NCBI GenBank assembly: GCA_012295275.1
Contig: CM022665.1
Coordinates: forward strand, 5,456,001-5,520,000
Origin: Chrysomallon squamiferum
Lineage: Eukaryota; Animalia; Mollusca
Length of the DNA: 64,000 nucleotides
Direction: 5' to 3'
Shown here in pieces: positions 13,509 to 35,932 of the stretch (the first letter of the stretch is position 1; the number at the start of each line of letters is the position of its first letter). The notes beneath the pieces are model-generated. The model saw only the letters and a list, made by a program, of their open reading frames with translations, made no database searches and was not told the DNA's origin. Position numbers and translations under genes: made by a program.

Positions 13509-14238
13509 GCTGATGATGGTAGCAATAGTAGTAGTAACTATAGCGCAACTCTTGAATTTAATCTTACAAATACATGGTCAGTTACATATTTTATTTATTT
13601 CTAGTAAAAGTTCAAGGTTGTTGTTTTTTTCAAAAAATGTAATAATGTTTCCTTACTCAGCTTAAACGAAAGAGATTTTTCGTATTTTAATTTAATTTCA
13701 TGTTCTTGATTTATTTCCATTTATTTTAATTTCATTTCTTGAGAGTATGATCTCTATATGCATTGTGCCACCTGTGTTCTATAGCCATCACAGATTTGGA
13801 TGCCACTAAACAGAGCCTCTCAGGTATTTCCTCTCTGTGTTTGTGAAATATCTCTCCTCTCCATTTGTCTTTGTCTCTCTCTTCCTTCTCTCTCTTTTTC
13901 TCTCAGTCTTCTTTCATGTATAACAAATCATTTGTTTATGTATCTCACAAATTTCATTTAGGTCCGGATTCTGATTTTGCTGAACTTAGAACAGTAAATT
14001 AAACCTACTGAATTTCGATTTTATCTTATTTCTTAATCTGAATTATGTAAAAAAAAAAAAAAAAAAAAAAAGTATTTCTTTTTTGTTTCTTTGTTTCTTT
14101 GTTTCTCTTTATTTGTGGTTGTTTTCTTTTTCTCTCTGTGTGTGTGTGTAATATCAGGAACAATAAAAAAAAATAAAAAAAAATATTGCAGGGAAACCTC
14201 TTTTCTCTTCTCAACTACCGGCAAAAATATTGTCTTAC

Positions 14239-14358
14239 TTTCTTTATCGAGAGTTTCCACTAAATCTTCAACTTCTCTTTCACTGAATAATTTTAAGAGA
14301 TCCGACTCAATCTCGAATCTATTTTCATTTTGATCTTCAGTTCTTTTCTTTCCCAATC
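14239..14358 (-). pseudogene. Orphan M-family exon 3 (propiece exon)
   Basis: 120-nt exon with intact ag/gt encoding (G)LGKKRTEDQNENRFEIESDLLKLFSEREVEDLVETLDKE. No exon 2 or exon 4 nearby. Confidence 0.8.
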
Positions 14359-14938
14359 CTACAACACACAGTTCAGAGTGATAATATGTATTAATATAAA
14401 CAATATCATACCAGTACTATTAAAAAATAATAAGTATTTGTCAAGGAACTATCATTATATTTGAGAGAAAAGAGACAAAGAATATGTATACATACATATG
14501 TACGAAGGTACATACAGAAAGAGATGCATATATAAGTATCATATTCATTACACTTCATCCCAGACATCTGGTCACTAGATTCTGAGATTTCGTCACAACT
14601 GTGACAGAAATCAATATCACTTTATTAGGTGTTTTCCTCAAAACTCTATATTACACAATAAGAGTTAGGGTGTTACGTGTATCTGGAATTACATCAGTGA
14701 CTGTGTGAAACAATAATTATTTCTATTATGTTAATAATCAATTTTGATGTTTATGTAGCTCCAGGATTTGCATCCGAAATTTTGTTTAGGGACATTGTAT
14801 GTTTAATAAATTTCATAGACTAAATCATAGTGATATGAGTATAGATAAAAGATAGAATCAACGATAAAATGATGTATTTTTTATTTTAATTTAGTTATTT
14901 TTATTTTTATTTTTATTTTTATTTTTATTATTATATTA

Positions 14939-14994
<56 letters not shown>

Positions 14995-15583
14995 GTTGTT
15001 GTTGTTGTTGTTTTTTATTAAATATTCTTCTGCAACTTTATAGACAGAGGTGCTGAAGGGAAATGTTTTCTTCTTCTTCTGTTTCTTCCGGTAAATTGTG
15101 TTGGGTACAACTAGTATCTTTTAAAAATGGCCAGCATCGTTATAGACAATGGCACAAAAATATAGCATTAAACTAAATCTATGCGTTTCCAGTGGTATCA
15201 TTTACTGATTTCATTTGTTTTCTCTTGATCAGTGTGAAGATTGATTTGAGTTAGAATACATTAACAGTCAGAAAAATGAACTGGAAACGCAATTACAGTC
15301 AATCTGTTTTCTTTCTCAACAGTACTTATCTTTATTTTTCTAATAGTCCGGAACATATCCTGATATCTCTTCATTTATTTTTAAAATTATTATTCTTATT
15401 TTTTCTTTTCTATTGTAAAAACATTTTGTTATGTATATATCAAAATCCTGATGGGTTTTAAGCTTTTACATTTATTAAAATTGCAAATAAAATTTAAAAT
15501 TAAAAGATGGCTTCTATCTCCATGAAACAAACATTTTGAAGAAGCGACTGACTGATACCTTAACTCAAATAATTCTCTTTGAT

Positions 15584-16578
15584 TTACTTGCCAAATTCTC
15601 TCTCTCTCGGACTCTCAGGCGAGTTAGTATAGTAAGGTTTGATAGCAGTCATATACGAAAGTAAAACTGCACAACAGTCTGAACGTTTTAGCAAACATGA
15701 AGCTGTACAAATAAAAATGTTGACTCTTTGTGCTGCACGACAACAACCTTCCTGCAGCATTTGTGCTTTCATTAACTTTTAGTGTCCACTGTAAACTGCT
15801 AAACTGATCCAACTCACACTGCAACTCTTTCACTTAACACAAGACAAAGACTCGTCGCCTTTAACTGCACATTTAGTGACAACCTTTACTACAGGATTAA
15901 TACTTGTACACATCTCCATAAAAACAGTAACCTTCAATGTGTCTTGGTTTGTCTAGGATTACCAGTTACACTTTATCCTACCAAGAAATCGTTATCATAT
16001 ATTGCAACAGTAAAGCTTGCAGTTTACTTTGAAAAAGTTACCATGTCAATGACAGTGACAATATGACAAGATTATCTAAAGCATGATGGTATAATAGAGA
16101 ACTAAACTGATAACAGTTAACACAGCAAATCACATCAAAGTTAAATAAACAGAACAGTAAAAGTAGTGTTACCTATGTCCATGTAACTATACAGTCGTTC
16201 AGTGAAGAAGGATTCTTCCTGTGATTCCAACACATTTATCCACAAGTCTCCGAGCTCAGACTATTTATGCCAAAAACCTGGCGACCATGCATATTGCTTG
16301 GATAAAGTCAAGCACTTCGAATACCCGGTAACAACCTAGTCAACAACATTAAATGTTCCAGTGAAATTCTCTATTGCCAGGCGTCTCATAATCAAATTGG
16401 TCACAACAACAATCACGTATGTCAAATAGTTTTCTTTATGTATTAATTTATTTATGCGCTGGCCAAAACAAGAGATGAAACGGCTTTGGTCTTTCACCAT
16501 CAGTGTTTTTAATTTCTGAAAAAAAAAACGTAATTTATCTAGAACACTCAAATAAATAATAAAAACCACTTCTAACAT
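15584..16578 (-). pseudogene. Possible decayed GPCR-like relic (copy 2)
   Basis: Paralog of 4380-6005; fragments LAIENF (DRY-like position) and LLSYMTAIKPYYTNSPESPREREFGK (TM7/helix-8-like). Confidence 0.25.
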
Positions 16579-16787
16579 GTTACGGTCAATATTAATATGC
16601 TTCGGCTTTTAATGGCTTTCTCACCAATTTTTATTTATCGTTGTTTCTATACAGATTTGCCTCAAAATAATTTCATTCGCAAGACTCAGATTTAAAAAAG
16701 TGCTTTTAAAAAAGGGAAAATAAAATAAAAATAAAATAAAATCACCTTGTAAAAAATAATAAATAAATAAAAATAGTAATAGTAATA

Positions 16788-16818
<31 letters not shown>

Positions 16819-16889
16819 TGATAATAATAATAATAATAATAAATTAAAAAAACTTAATCAGCTTTCAGCCAACACATGTTCATACCATA

Positions 16890-17003
16890 CCCGGACTTAA
16901 CAGTTCGAAGGAGAACTCAATTTGTTTTTCTGTCACAATCTCGACACCTTTCTGGTATAAATATACCTTTATGAAATAGCAAAAAGCAAAATACAGCATC
17001 AAG
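16890..17003 (+). promoter_or_regulatory. P2 core promoter and non-coding exon 1
   Basis: cccggacttaacag 16890-16903, TATAAATA 16956-16963, donor at 17003. Confidence 0.8.
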
Positions 17004-17393
17004 GTAAGATTACGTTTCATTATTATGATTCTGATTATTCGTATTAGTATTAGGGGTAGTAGTATAAATAGTAGCAGTAGTGGTAGTAGTAGTAGGAGTA
17101 TTTTTATTTATCCATTGATAAAGATTTTAGGCCATAATTTTTGTTCTGTTTCAAAGACGAAAACTTCTCAGTTTACGTTTTTAAATATTTTAAACGATTT
17201 CTAAAGATTAGAACAGTCAGCATTATACTTCTAACAGAGAAATATATTAAAATCCAATAAACGAATATTATGTGTCCTGATCTGTATGATAAGAAATGAT
17301 TAAGTATTTGCGATAGTAATTTTTTAATGGATTTCGTTATCATCTACCTGCAGAATTTTTACTATTTAGAACATTGGTTTGTGTTTTTAACAG

Positions 17394-24900
<7,507 letters not shown>

Positions 24901-24988
24901 TAATATACACGTGTGTAAATAATCAGATTTAAAAAATACATAATACACTGTCAGAAAATATGCAGTGATCTTTTATTTTTTAGATGAC

Positions 24989-25043
<55 letters not shown>

Positions 25044-25162
25044 GTTGCTGTGTTGCTGTTGATGACATCAGGTGTAGCAATAGTAGTAGTAGTAGTAGTA
25101 ATCCTACATTTTTCATTTTTTAATCTGAATAATATAATTGTATTTATTTGTTTGTTTTTCAG

Positions 25163-25245
25163 ATGTAAACGGACTGAAAAACAATGGACGAACCTGACAG
25201 TGTTTCCTCACTCACTTTAAAATAAAGAGATTTGCACAAATCATT
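25163..25245 (+). terminator. P2 terminal 3' UTR exon with AATAAA
   Basis: Acceptor at 25162, AATAAA 25221-25226. Confidence 0.75.
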
Positions 25246-25381
25246 ATTATATATTGTTTCTTTGTTGTAATTTCATAATAGTTTAACCACGCATTTTATG
25301 ACTGGTTATATATTCTGCTTCATATCGTCTGTTAGTACAAATCGTTAATTACGAATATGAAATCTGTGCAACACTTCACAA

Positions 25382-25576
<195 letters not shown>

Positions 25577-27097
25577 TACACACACACACATTGCCAATTG
25601 ACTGCAACGACAATATTTATACAAACCGGGTGCACGAGTCCTACCTCCTTACACGATACGCACACGCATACATACTTTCCTCCAAGCAGCTTTCAAAGAA
25701 ACAAAATCACCAAATCTTAACATTTTAACTAAGTAATAGTCACAGAAAAAATTATTTTATTTTCAAGAAGCTTTTCTATGATGATAAATCAACTGAATAA
25801 ATCGATTGGGATAACAGCAACTTTTGAAAGCATTAAGTGAAAAATGGATACTTGAAAATAATGTATTTTAAATCCATTAAAGGCCTTCAAATTGTGTCGT
25901 TTCACTCAAGTTGTTTTAAAGACAGAGGGATTAGACCATTAACAAATCATAACATCCCGAACTGCATGACATGGCTACACATCGGTAACTGTAGAGCAGC
26001 TAAGATGTTGTATTCCTTTTTTCAAATACAAAAAGAAGACACAATGACACATAGGTCGCAGCCCAGAAACCTGATTTAGTTTACTTTAAAGAAGTTTTCA
26101 GTTATTTCACAGAAAAGTGTATCCAAAATATTTATTACATCATGTGATACTTTGTTTGTTTTTGCACTTAACTATTTAAAAAAATCCTAACTTCAGGTTA
26201 TATTAATATATAATATATAATGACAATAAATTGTTATGATTCAGAAAATATTTCTTTTCGTATGTGATACAACAGTTTATTTGGCGCCTGGCTAACGACT
26301 GATGGGTGGAAGGATCAGTCCTTCTTAGTGCATCCAACTGATTATTTCCCATTCCAGCCAATACCACTTGTTTTTCAATTTATGAGTTATGAACTTTCCT
26401 TTCTATATGAATATGCATATCTACATCAACAAAACACAAACTTCTAACCTCTTTGTATGTTAGGTTTAATGTTATTTAATTATATTTTAAAATGTTTTTC
26501 AGAAGAAATAATTATCTCTGTGTGAAATATAAATAAACTGACAAATAAACAAAGAATTATGCACCAGTAGTTGTTTTTATTATTATTATTGTTGTTGTTG
26601 TTAGTAGTAGTAGCAGTAGGAGTAGTAGTAGTATTTCTGTTTGGTTTTCTTTATCATCTCACTGAAAATTAAGAATTTATAAAATATTATTCTAAAATAT
26701 TTTAGTTCAGTCAATAAATTTTTAATGCTTCACATAAAGATGCGTTTGATCTTTAAAAACCGACAGAAGAAAATAAGGGTAAGACTCAATATCTTAACTG
26801 CTGAAACAATTAAACGTGTTAAAATATATTATGCAAGAATTGTGTCGTTTTTACTTTTTATTTCTTAATTTGTTTATTTTTACCTGTTTTCTTTATTGTT
26901 AGCGGTAGCTGTATTTTTTATCGAGTAATAAAATGTTCCATGAAATAATGAACAAATAAAAATATAATTAAAAAAAAGAAATGAATATTCTGATTTGTAT
27001 AAATGTTTAGAGTCGCGTACACAGAGCGTCTTACTAACAAGAATATTTGATACAGAGAACAAATGTAAATTTACCTTGCTGACTGGTCGTTTTCTTC

Positions 27098-27185
27098 TTA
27101 CTTAAGAGGAATAAATTCATCATCTAGAGAACAAAAGAAAAATAAACTTCAGTCAGATATTTACATCAACCTTAACAACAACACT

Positions 27186-27243
<58 letters not shown>

Positions 27244-27727
27244 CGATACGTCCAAGAAAACAACGGAAACAATAAATACAAAAAAATAAATAAAACATTT
27301 CCAGTGAAACCTTTTTTCTTTTCTCAACTACTTGCAAAAATATTGTCTTACTTTCTTTATCGAGAGTTTCCATTAAATCTTGAACTTCTCTTTCACTGAA
27401 GAATTTTGAGAGATCCGACTCAGCCTCAAATTTCTTCTCATCTTGATCATAAGCTGTTTTCTTTCGGAATCCTACAACACAGAGTACAATGTGATTATAA
27501 GTAGTAACATAAGCAATATCCTACCTGTGCTATCTAAAATGTAATAAGTATTTCTCAAGTAGTATCATTTTATTTGAAACGAAATAAATAAACAGTATAA
27601 TAAATAAAGAACTTGTCGGAAGATATCCAATTGGTCCAGGACGAGGCCAATGATGTTTATGCCAATAAGATGACGAGTCTTCGACGGCCAGAATACAAAG
27701 TAAGGCAAAAATAATCACTAGTTTCAT
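27098..27727 (-). CDS. M2: secreted His/Trp/Pro-rich peptide precursor (86 aa)
   Basis: Exons 27727-27613, 27471-27352, 27123-27098(stop). Protein MKLVIIFALLCILAVEDSSS-YWHKHHWPRPGPIGYLPTRF-RKK-TAYDQDEKKFEAESDLSKFFSEREVQDLMETLDKENDEFIPLK*. Confidence 0.87.
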
Positions 27728-27976
27728 CTGGAAGTAAAGAGAAAAGGAATTTTAATTCTAACACAATCAGCATGTTATTTATTTAACTGTATTATTTTCT
27801 GCGACAGGTAGAGAGACTAATAGACAGATACGCAAACAGAGAGAGAGACAAACAGACAGACAGATAGATAAATATGATGATATTAATAACCTTATGAGAT
27901 TACAGTATTCCAAATCCTGGTAACTCCAAGCATTTAACAGTAACAGTAACAAATTAAATAAATAAATAAAAATGAA

Positions 27977-28054
<78 letters not shown>

Positions 28055-28085
28055 TAATAATAATAATAATGAAAAATAATCTTAC

Positions 28086-28230
28086 ATTGATCCTCAAATG
28101 AAATGATTATCTTCAAATCTGTACTGTGTTATGTTTTTCTGTATTTCATATTGCTCTATTTATACATGAAAGGTGTCTCTTTTGCATTGTATCAAATGTC
28201 TGATTTGTTTCTCCAACTGTCAAGTCCGGG
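28086..28230 (-). promoter_or_regulatory. M2 core promoter and non-coding exon 1
   Basis: cccggacttgacag 28217-28230, TATAAATA 28157-28164, donor caat|gtaag at 28086. Confidence 0.75.
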
Positions 28231-29228
28231 TTTTGATAAAACATATAGGTGAAGAATTAATTTTGAGTAGGTGAAGAATTAATTTTTATTTCTCCCTTTC
28301 TTTCTTTCTTTCTTTCTTTCTTTCAAACACCTGTTTCGTTTAGCCAGTTTTACTGATCATAGAAAAAACAGAATTCATTTTGGTGAATATTAGATCCTTT
28401 TCTCGAAGCATTTTTAAAATTTCGTTATCATTTTAGCAGTATTTCGCAGAAGTTGTCAAAAGTAGTTTAGAACTTGGAAAAATACCAACTATCTATATGC
28501 ATATATATAAATATATATATATATAAACATACAATCACACAAATATATATACAAACATACATACAGTCATATATACTAACATACGTACAGATAAACATAC
28601 AAATATATTATCATAGATATATACATATATACATACAAATATACATACACACGTACATAGATAAATCATTATTCGATAACATACCTAAATATTAATATAC
28701 AATTATACCATTATACGTCAATACATACATACATACATACATACATACATACATACGTACATGCATACATATATACATACATACACACATAGACATAGAA
28801 AGACAGACAGACAGACAACAGACAGACCGACATCTATATATGCATACACCAGTTTTAAATGTTGGTGGTCTAACCAAATGACCAATATTTCCATTCCGTA
28901 TAGAATTTCTGATACGAGCAGCAAAAAGTGTCAAACAATTAAAATGTTTATCTGTGTATATTACATCTGTCGATATAATGTTCATTATTGGTGTCTGTTC
29001 CTCCCAGACCCTAGATGCTCAGATTTCGTGACAACTGTTTCAGAAATCAATATCATTTTATGGTATATATTACACAATAAGAGTTAGGGTGTTACATGTA
29101 TCTAGAATTACATCAGTGACTGTGTGAAACAATTATTATTTGGATCATGTTACTAATGAATTTTGGAGAGTATTTAGATCCGGTCTGTACGTGTACAGAT
29201 AAGAGATAGGATGAATTTATATTTATTA

Positions 29229-29262
<34 letters not shown>

Positions 29263-30089
29263 GTGATGGTTGTGGTGGTAGTAATGGCAGTGGTAACTAT
29301 AGCATAACTCGAATTTAATCTTACCAATATATAGTCAGTTATTTCATTTCTTTCTCTAGAAATTATATAATTTTCATCTACTAGCAAAGTGATCAACGCA
29401 CACGCACAAACACACACGGACGCGCACACACATATACACAGATATATAAAACCTGATAGTAATTTTAGTGAATCAAGAACGACGACAACAAAAGCATTAA
29501 CGGAATAACGTACACTTTAAAATAAGGCATTTAAAATGCGGCCAGAGACCATCATATGTGGACTTTTTAATTCTAATTTCATCAAAGACTGGACTGAACC
29601 AAAACAAATTATAAATCCATGTTGTGAACAGATCAGTCACTGATTATGATTCATAATTTCCTTGTAATGGAAACTTACCACTAATTTCGAAATTGGTTAG
29701 TAAAAGTAAAATAGTGTTTAGAAAGCGTTTCACAAATGTGTGGTAAATGCTTTAAAAATACAAAATGACTAATAAATACACAAAACAATTCACAACAATT
29801 TGTTTTGTTTTTGCTTTTTTCTTTGTTTCTTTCTTTCTTTCTTTTATTTTATTATTTTTTTATTATTTATTAATCCTCTTTGTTTTAAATCTTACTAAGC
29901 AAACATCAGAATCTACAAAAGTAAAGAATTATAAATATAATTATTATAAAACGTTTTAATTTTATTTAATATAATTAATTTTCAATGGATTACAAAAAGA
30001 AAAAAATGAAGGTTAGACTAACTACGTATACTCATTAAGACACATGCATGCATACATACATACACACACATAGATACATACATACATTA

Positions 30090-30216
<127 letters not shown>

Positions 30217-30599
30217 GAGAGAGAGGTAATTAAGACATTTAAGAATATTCATACAGTTGTCTGCTACAAAATGTAACGTCAGCGTGAAAACTTGTGACAT
30301 GTATCTCAACTTGTTATTCGAGTTAGAAGATGCTAAAATATATTACATGAGAGTTGTGTCCCTTTGCGTTTGCTTCACACTAACGATTTTTTCAGAAAAT
30401 GGCAAAACAGAGAAGAGTTGTGTCCCTTCGTATCTGTTTCATATAGACAGTTAAAAATATATATATATTGTATTTTCTTCTTTTTTCTTCTTTTTTTTTT
30501 TTTTTTGTTGAACTGTTTCAATTTTATCGTGTTCATGACAATGATCCATTAAAGAAGATGTTGTCCTGTGTTTCGAAACCAGAATAAATATTAATTTAC

Positions 30600-31370
30600 C
30601 TTCCATATTAATTATTGTCTTCTTCCTAGACAGGAATAAATTCATCATCTAAAAAAGAAAATAGAAAGAAAATACTGTGAAATAATGAACTGCACATAAC
30701 GCATCGTAATACATGAGTAGTAATAAAAACAAGAAAGCAAATAATAACAATAGAAATAATAACTATTGCAATGAAACAGTAATTCTTTGATGAGTCAATA
30801 AATATTTTCAAATATTTTCAAAAATTCATTCTTATTTTCCTTTTAACAATCTAATGAAATATTTGTTTTATTGTTAGGTACAGCTATCATCATGATAAAA
30901 GAAAGAAGAAAAAAACAAAACAAAAAAAACAAGCAAGAACAACAAAAACGATTTCTTTTCTCAACTACTTGTAAAAATATTGTCTTGCTTTCTTTATCGA
31001 GAGTTTCCAACAAATCTTGAACTTCTCTTTCACTGAAGAATTTTGAGAATTCCGACCAATCATGGATCTGTTTTCATTTTGATGATCAGCTCTTTTCTTT
31101 ACATGTGCTGCGATGCAGAATACAATGTGATATTATGTATTCACATGAAAGTATTGAACGTGTATTATTTAAAAGTTGCGTCAAGAGTCATTTTATTTTA
31201 TAAATAAATCAATAAATCAATAAATAAAAATGTGACATAATAAATAATGAACCTGAAGGAAGCATTCCTATTGGTCCAGGATTCGGGATCCTTACACGCC
31301 ATCTCCACGAAGCTGAAGATTCTTCAACAGCCAGAATACCAAGCAAAGGAAGAACAATCGCCAGTTTCAT
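30600..31370 (-). CDS. M3: secreted Trp/Arg peptide precursor with frameshifted propiece (possibly decaying)
   Basis: Exons 31371-31253, 31107-30989 (119 nt, 1-nt deletion, GC donor) and 30648-30600. Protein MKLAIVLPLLGILAVEESSA-SWRWRVRIPNPGPIGMLPSAHV-KKR-ADHQNENRSMI then out of frame. Confidence 0.7.
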
Positions 31371-31584
31371 CCTAAGTAAAAAAAGAAAAGTAAAAGAATT
31401 TAAATTTTTACAGAATTGAAATGTCATTCATTTAACTGTCAGATTTTCTACCACGGACTGAAAGATTGTGAATGAGACGGATATGCAAAGATATAGTTAG
31501 CTAGAGTAACGGATAAAGACGTTATAAGGTTATAATATTCCAAATTTTAGCAACACCAAACATTTAACAGTAACAGTTACATTA

Positions 31585-31649
<65 letters not shown>

Positions 31650-31692
31650 CAACAATAACAATAATAATAACAGTAATGAAAAGCAACCTTAC

Positions 31693-31828
31693 CTTGATGC
31701 GCAACTGAAATGATTATATTCAGTTATGTATTTTCCGTATCTCATATTGTTGCATTTATACTTGAAAAGTGTTTTGACTTCATCAGATAAAAAAATATGA
31801 TTTATGTTTTCAAACTGTTAAATCCGGG
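31693..31828 (-). promoter_or_regulatory. M3 core promoter and exon 1
   Basis: cccggatttaacag 31815-31828, TATAAAT 31754-31760, donor catcaag|gtaag at 31693. Confidence 0.7.
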
Positions 31829-32244
31829 TCATGACAAACCATCAGTTAGTGAAAAATTGTTGTTCGTTTTTGTTGGGTTTTTTTTTTTTTTGTGGTTTTT
31901 TTGGGGGAGATTCTTTGAACGCATTTGTTGGATCTGGAATGGATTATTGATAATTTTCTGGAAGTGCTCAAGAAACAAACTGATCAAACCAAGCAACGAT
32001 TCTAAAATTCAATTATGGACTGCGCAAGATTTTAGGTGTATAGCTTCCAAAACTGGATTTTCTTTTAAGTTTCACATTTGACTCGCACTTGTATGATTTC
32101 TGTGAATGATTAATAATTACAGATTGAACAAAAACACCAGTTGGGATGGAAACAGAAAAAACACTGAAATAAAAATGAATTTCTAATATTATCTTTCTCT
32201 TTGTAGATTCTGTTTTTATTTTGTTGTTCTTGCTGTTGCTTCTT

Positions 32245-32725
32245 CATTTAATTTGTTTTGATAGTACATTATAAACAACTATTTATTTTTTCTTTCTTGT
32301 CCAGGGTGGCATTTTATTTAACAAGTGAACCTACATTATTAAAACAGTTAATTTCAGATCAGTATTTAACAATACATGTAACAACCAGCTTCTAGACTGT
32401 GTAAATAATCACATGAACTTCTTTCTGTAAATTTCTATAAACTCAAGAACTTTTATTTCTTTTTAGGTGACATTATTATAATTGTTATTGTTTTTGTTGT
32501 AGTTGTTGTTTTCATAATACTGATGACATCAGCTGTAGCAATAGCAGTAGCAGTAGTATTTACAGCAAAACTGGAATTAATCTTACAAAACAATATTTTT
32601 ATTTTCGAATCTGAATAATAAAATTTTATTTATTTGTTTGTTTTTCAGATGTAAACGGACTGAAAACAATGGACTAACCTGACAGTGTTTCCTCACTCAC
32701 TTTAAAATAAAGAGATTTGCACAAA
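32245..32725 (+). pseudogene. 3' remnant of a P-family gene
   Basis: Micro-exon acceptor ttgtccag|ggtggc at 32304 without donor, broken exon start tttttag|gtgaca at 32466, intact terminal exon from 32649 with AATAAA 32706-32711. No promoter or signal exon. Confidence 0.75.
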
Positions 32726-32842
32726 TCGTTATTATATGTTTTGTTTTGTTTGTTTTAATTTCTTCATATTTTTTTTCAATATATTTTATGACTCCTTATA
32801 TATTCAGTTGTCTTATTATAGATCGCCATATTTACGAATATG

Positions 32843-32934
<92 letters not shown>

Positions 32935-34823
32935 AACACACACATACAACGACAATATCTATACAGACCGGGTGCACGAGTCCTACCTACTTACACGATA
33001 CGCACACGCATACATACTTTCTTCCACACAGCTTTCAAAGAAACAAAATCACCAAATTTTAACATTTTAACTAAGTAATAGTCACAGAAGAAACTAATTT
33101 TTTATTTCAGAGGGTTTTGTATAATATAAAACCGACTGCGATAGCAGCAACTTCTGAAAGCACTAAGAAAAAAAAAATGTATGGTTGAAGAAAAATGTAT
33201 TTTAAATCGATTGAAGGCCTTCACATTGTGTCGTTGTATTCTAATTGTTTTAAAGACAGAGGCATCAGACCTCTAACAGATCATAACATCCCGAACTGCA
33301 TGACATGGCTACACATCGGTAACTGTACAACAGTTAACATTTTATATTCCTTTCTCAAATGCAAAAAGAAGTGACGTAGACACATAAGTCGCAGCCTAGA
33401 AACCTGATTTAGTTCAAAGATGTTTTCATTTATTTCACAGAAAACTACAGGAACAAATATTTATTATATCGTGTGATTTCTGGGGGGTTTTGCAGTTAAC
33501 AATTTTCACAAATCCTAACTTCAGTTTATATATATATATAATATAATGCCAACAAATTGTTATGATTCAGAAAAATATTTCCTAGCCTGTTTTGATAAGT
33601 GAGAGATAGATCGCAGTTTATTTGGTTCAAGGTTAAGGACTGGTGGGTCGTAGGATCAATCCTTCTTATTGCATCCAACTGATTATTTCCCATTCCATCC
33701 AATACCACTGGTTTTTCAATTTATGAGCTATGTCCTTTCCTTTCTATATGAATATGCATATCTACATCAACAAAACACAAACTTCAAATGTGAAAAGTAA
33801 TAAACCACAGTCTGGCATCGACAGATTTCTTACCTCTTTGTATGTTAGGTATAATGTTATTTAATTTTATTTTAAACTGTTTTTCAAAACTAATAATTAT
33901 CTGTGTGTGAAATATAAATAAACTAACAAATAAACAAAGAATTATGCACCAGTATTCCTTTTTATTATTTTTATTAATTTCAGTAGTAGTATTAGTAGTT
34001 GTTCTTGTAGTAGCAGTAGTAGTTGTAGTGATGGTGTTGGTGGAAGTAGTAGTAGTAGTAGTAGTAGCAGCAGTATTTCTGTCTGGTTTTCATTATCATC
34101 TCATTGATTACAGAAGTAGATCTGAGATTCTCTAAAAATTAAGAATTTTTAATATATTATTATAAAATATTTTAGTTCAGTCAATGAATGTTTAATACTT
34201 CACATAAAGATGGTGTTTTGTCACTTCGCATTTGTGTCGTTTTTAATTTTAATGTTTTCATGTGTTTATTTTTACCTATTTTATTTATTATTAGTGGTAG
34301 TTGTATTTTTTATCGCCTGATAAAATATTCCATGAAATAATGAACAAATAAGAATATAATTAAAATTAAAAAAACCAACACAAAATAAAAATAGAAATGA
34401 ATATTCTGATTTGTATAAATATTTACAGTCGCGTACAAGAATATTTGATACAGAGAACAAATGTAAATTTACCTTGCTGACTGGTCGTTTTCTTCTTACT
34501 TAAGAGGAATAAATTCATTATCTAGAGAACAAAAGAAAAATAAACTTCAGTCAGATATTTACATCAACCTTAATAACAACATTCAGTAAAAAAAGAGATA
34601 TACTGATTTTTGTGTGTATGTTGCTGTTGTTTTGTTTGTTTGTTTCATTTTTCATTTCTTTTTTTTTCCTTTTTTTCTTTCTTTCTGTCTGTGTGTGTGC
34701 GTGTGTGTGTGAGATTAAAAGAACAACGTGAACAATAAATAAAAATAATAATAATAATAAACTGCAGTGAAATTTCTTTTCTTTTCTCAACTACCGATAA
34801 AAATATTATCTCACTTACTTTCT

Positions 34824-35148
34824 TTATCGAGAGATTCGACTAATCTCGAATCTGTTTTCGTTTTGATCATCAGCTCTTTTCTTTCCGTATCCTACAACAC
34901 ACAGTACAAAGTGATAAGAACTATTAACATAAACAATATCAAACCAGTACTGTTTAAAATGTAATAAGTATTTCTCAAGACAGTATCATTCTATTTGAAA
35001 CAAAAGGAATAAACATAATAAATAAAGAACCTGTTCGAGGAAATCGATTTCGCCTAGGACGATGCCATCCATAACCGTAACGCAAAAAAGCTGACAAATC
35101 TTCTACGGCAATAATACAAAGTAAGGCAAAAATAATCACTAGTTTCAT
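34824..35148 (-). CDS. M4: duplicate of M1 (61 aa)
   Basis: Exons 35148-35031 and 34891-34819 (stop 34824-34826); downstream exon 34521-34473. Same mature peptide FLRYGYGWHRPRRNRFPRTGY-GKKR; tail ADDQNENRFEISRISR*. Confidence 0.82.
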
Positions 35149-35363
35149 CTGTAAGTATAAAGGAAAGGAATTTTAATTTTAACACAATCAGCATGTTATT
35201 TATTTAACTGTATTATTTTCTGCGACAGACAGAGAGACTAATAGACAGATATACAAACAGAGAGAGAGAGACAAACAGACAGACAGACAGATAAATATGA
35301 TGATATTAATAACCTTATGAGATTACAGTATTCCAAATCCTGGCGACTCCAAACATTTAACAA

Positions 35364-35416
<53 letters not shown>

Positions 35417-35437
35417 AATAATGAAAATTAATCTTAC

Positions 35438-35568
35438 CTTCATGTTCAAATGAAATGATTATCTTGAAATCTGTACTGTGTTATGTTTTTCTGTATTTCA
35501 TATTGCTCTATTTATACATGAAAGGTGTCTCAGATATCTGATTTGTTTCTGCAACTGTTAAGTCCGGG
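35438..35568 (-). promoter_or_regulatory. M4 core promoter and exon 1
   Basis: TATAAATA 35509-35516, cccggacttaacag upstream, donor at 35438. Confidence 0.78.
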
Positions 35569-35875
35569 TTTTGATAAAACGTGTAGGTGAAGAATTAATT
35601 TTGTGTAGGTGAAGAATTATTTTATTATTTCTCCCTTTCTTTCTTTCTTTCGAACACCTGTTTCGTTTAGCCAGTTTTACTGATCATAGAAAAAACAGAA
35701 TTCATTTTGGTGAATATTAGATCCTTTTCTCGAAGCTCTTAACAGCATTTTAGAAATTTCGTTATCATTTTAGCAATATTTCGCACAAGTTATAAAAAAG
35801 TAGTTTAGAACTTAGAATAACACTGACTATCTGTATTAATATACGACAACAAAACTTACACAGATTCATACGAAC

Positions 35876-35932
<57 letters not shown>

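Noticed and set aside
27530-27612. Hydrophobic C-terminal tail of ORF 27530..27727 (and of 51056..51283 and 31209..31427), suggesting a membrane anchor
   Set aside because: Read-through into intron 2. A conserved GT donor and in-frame downstream exons give a coherent precursor across paralogs
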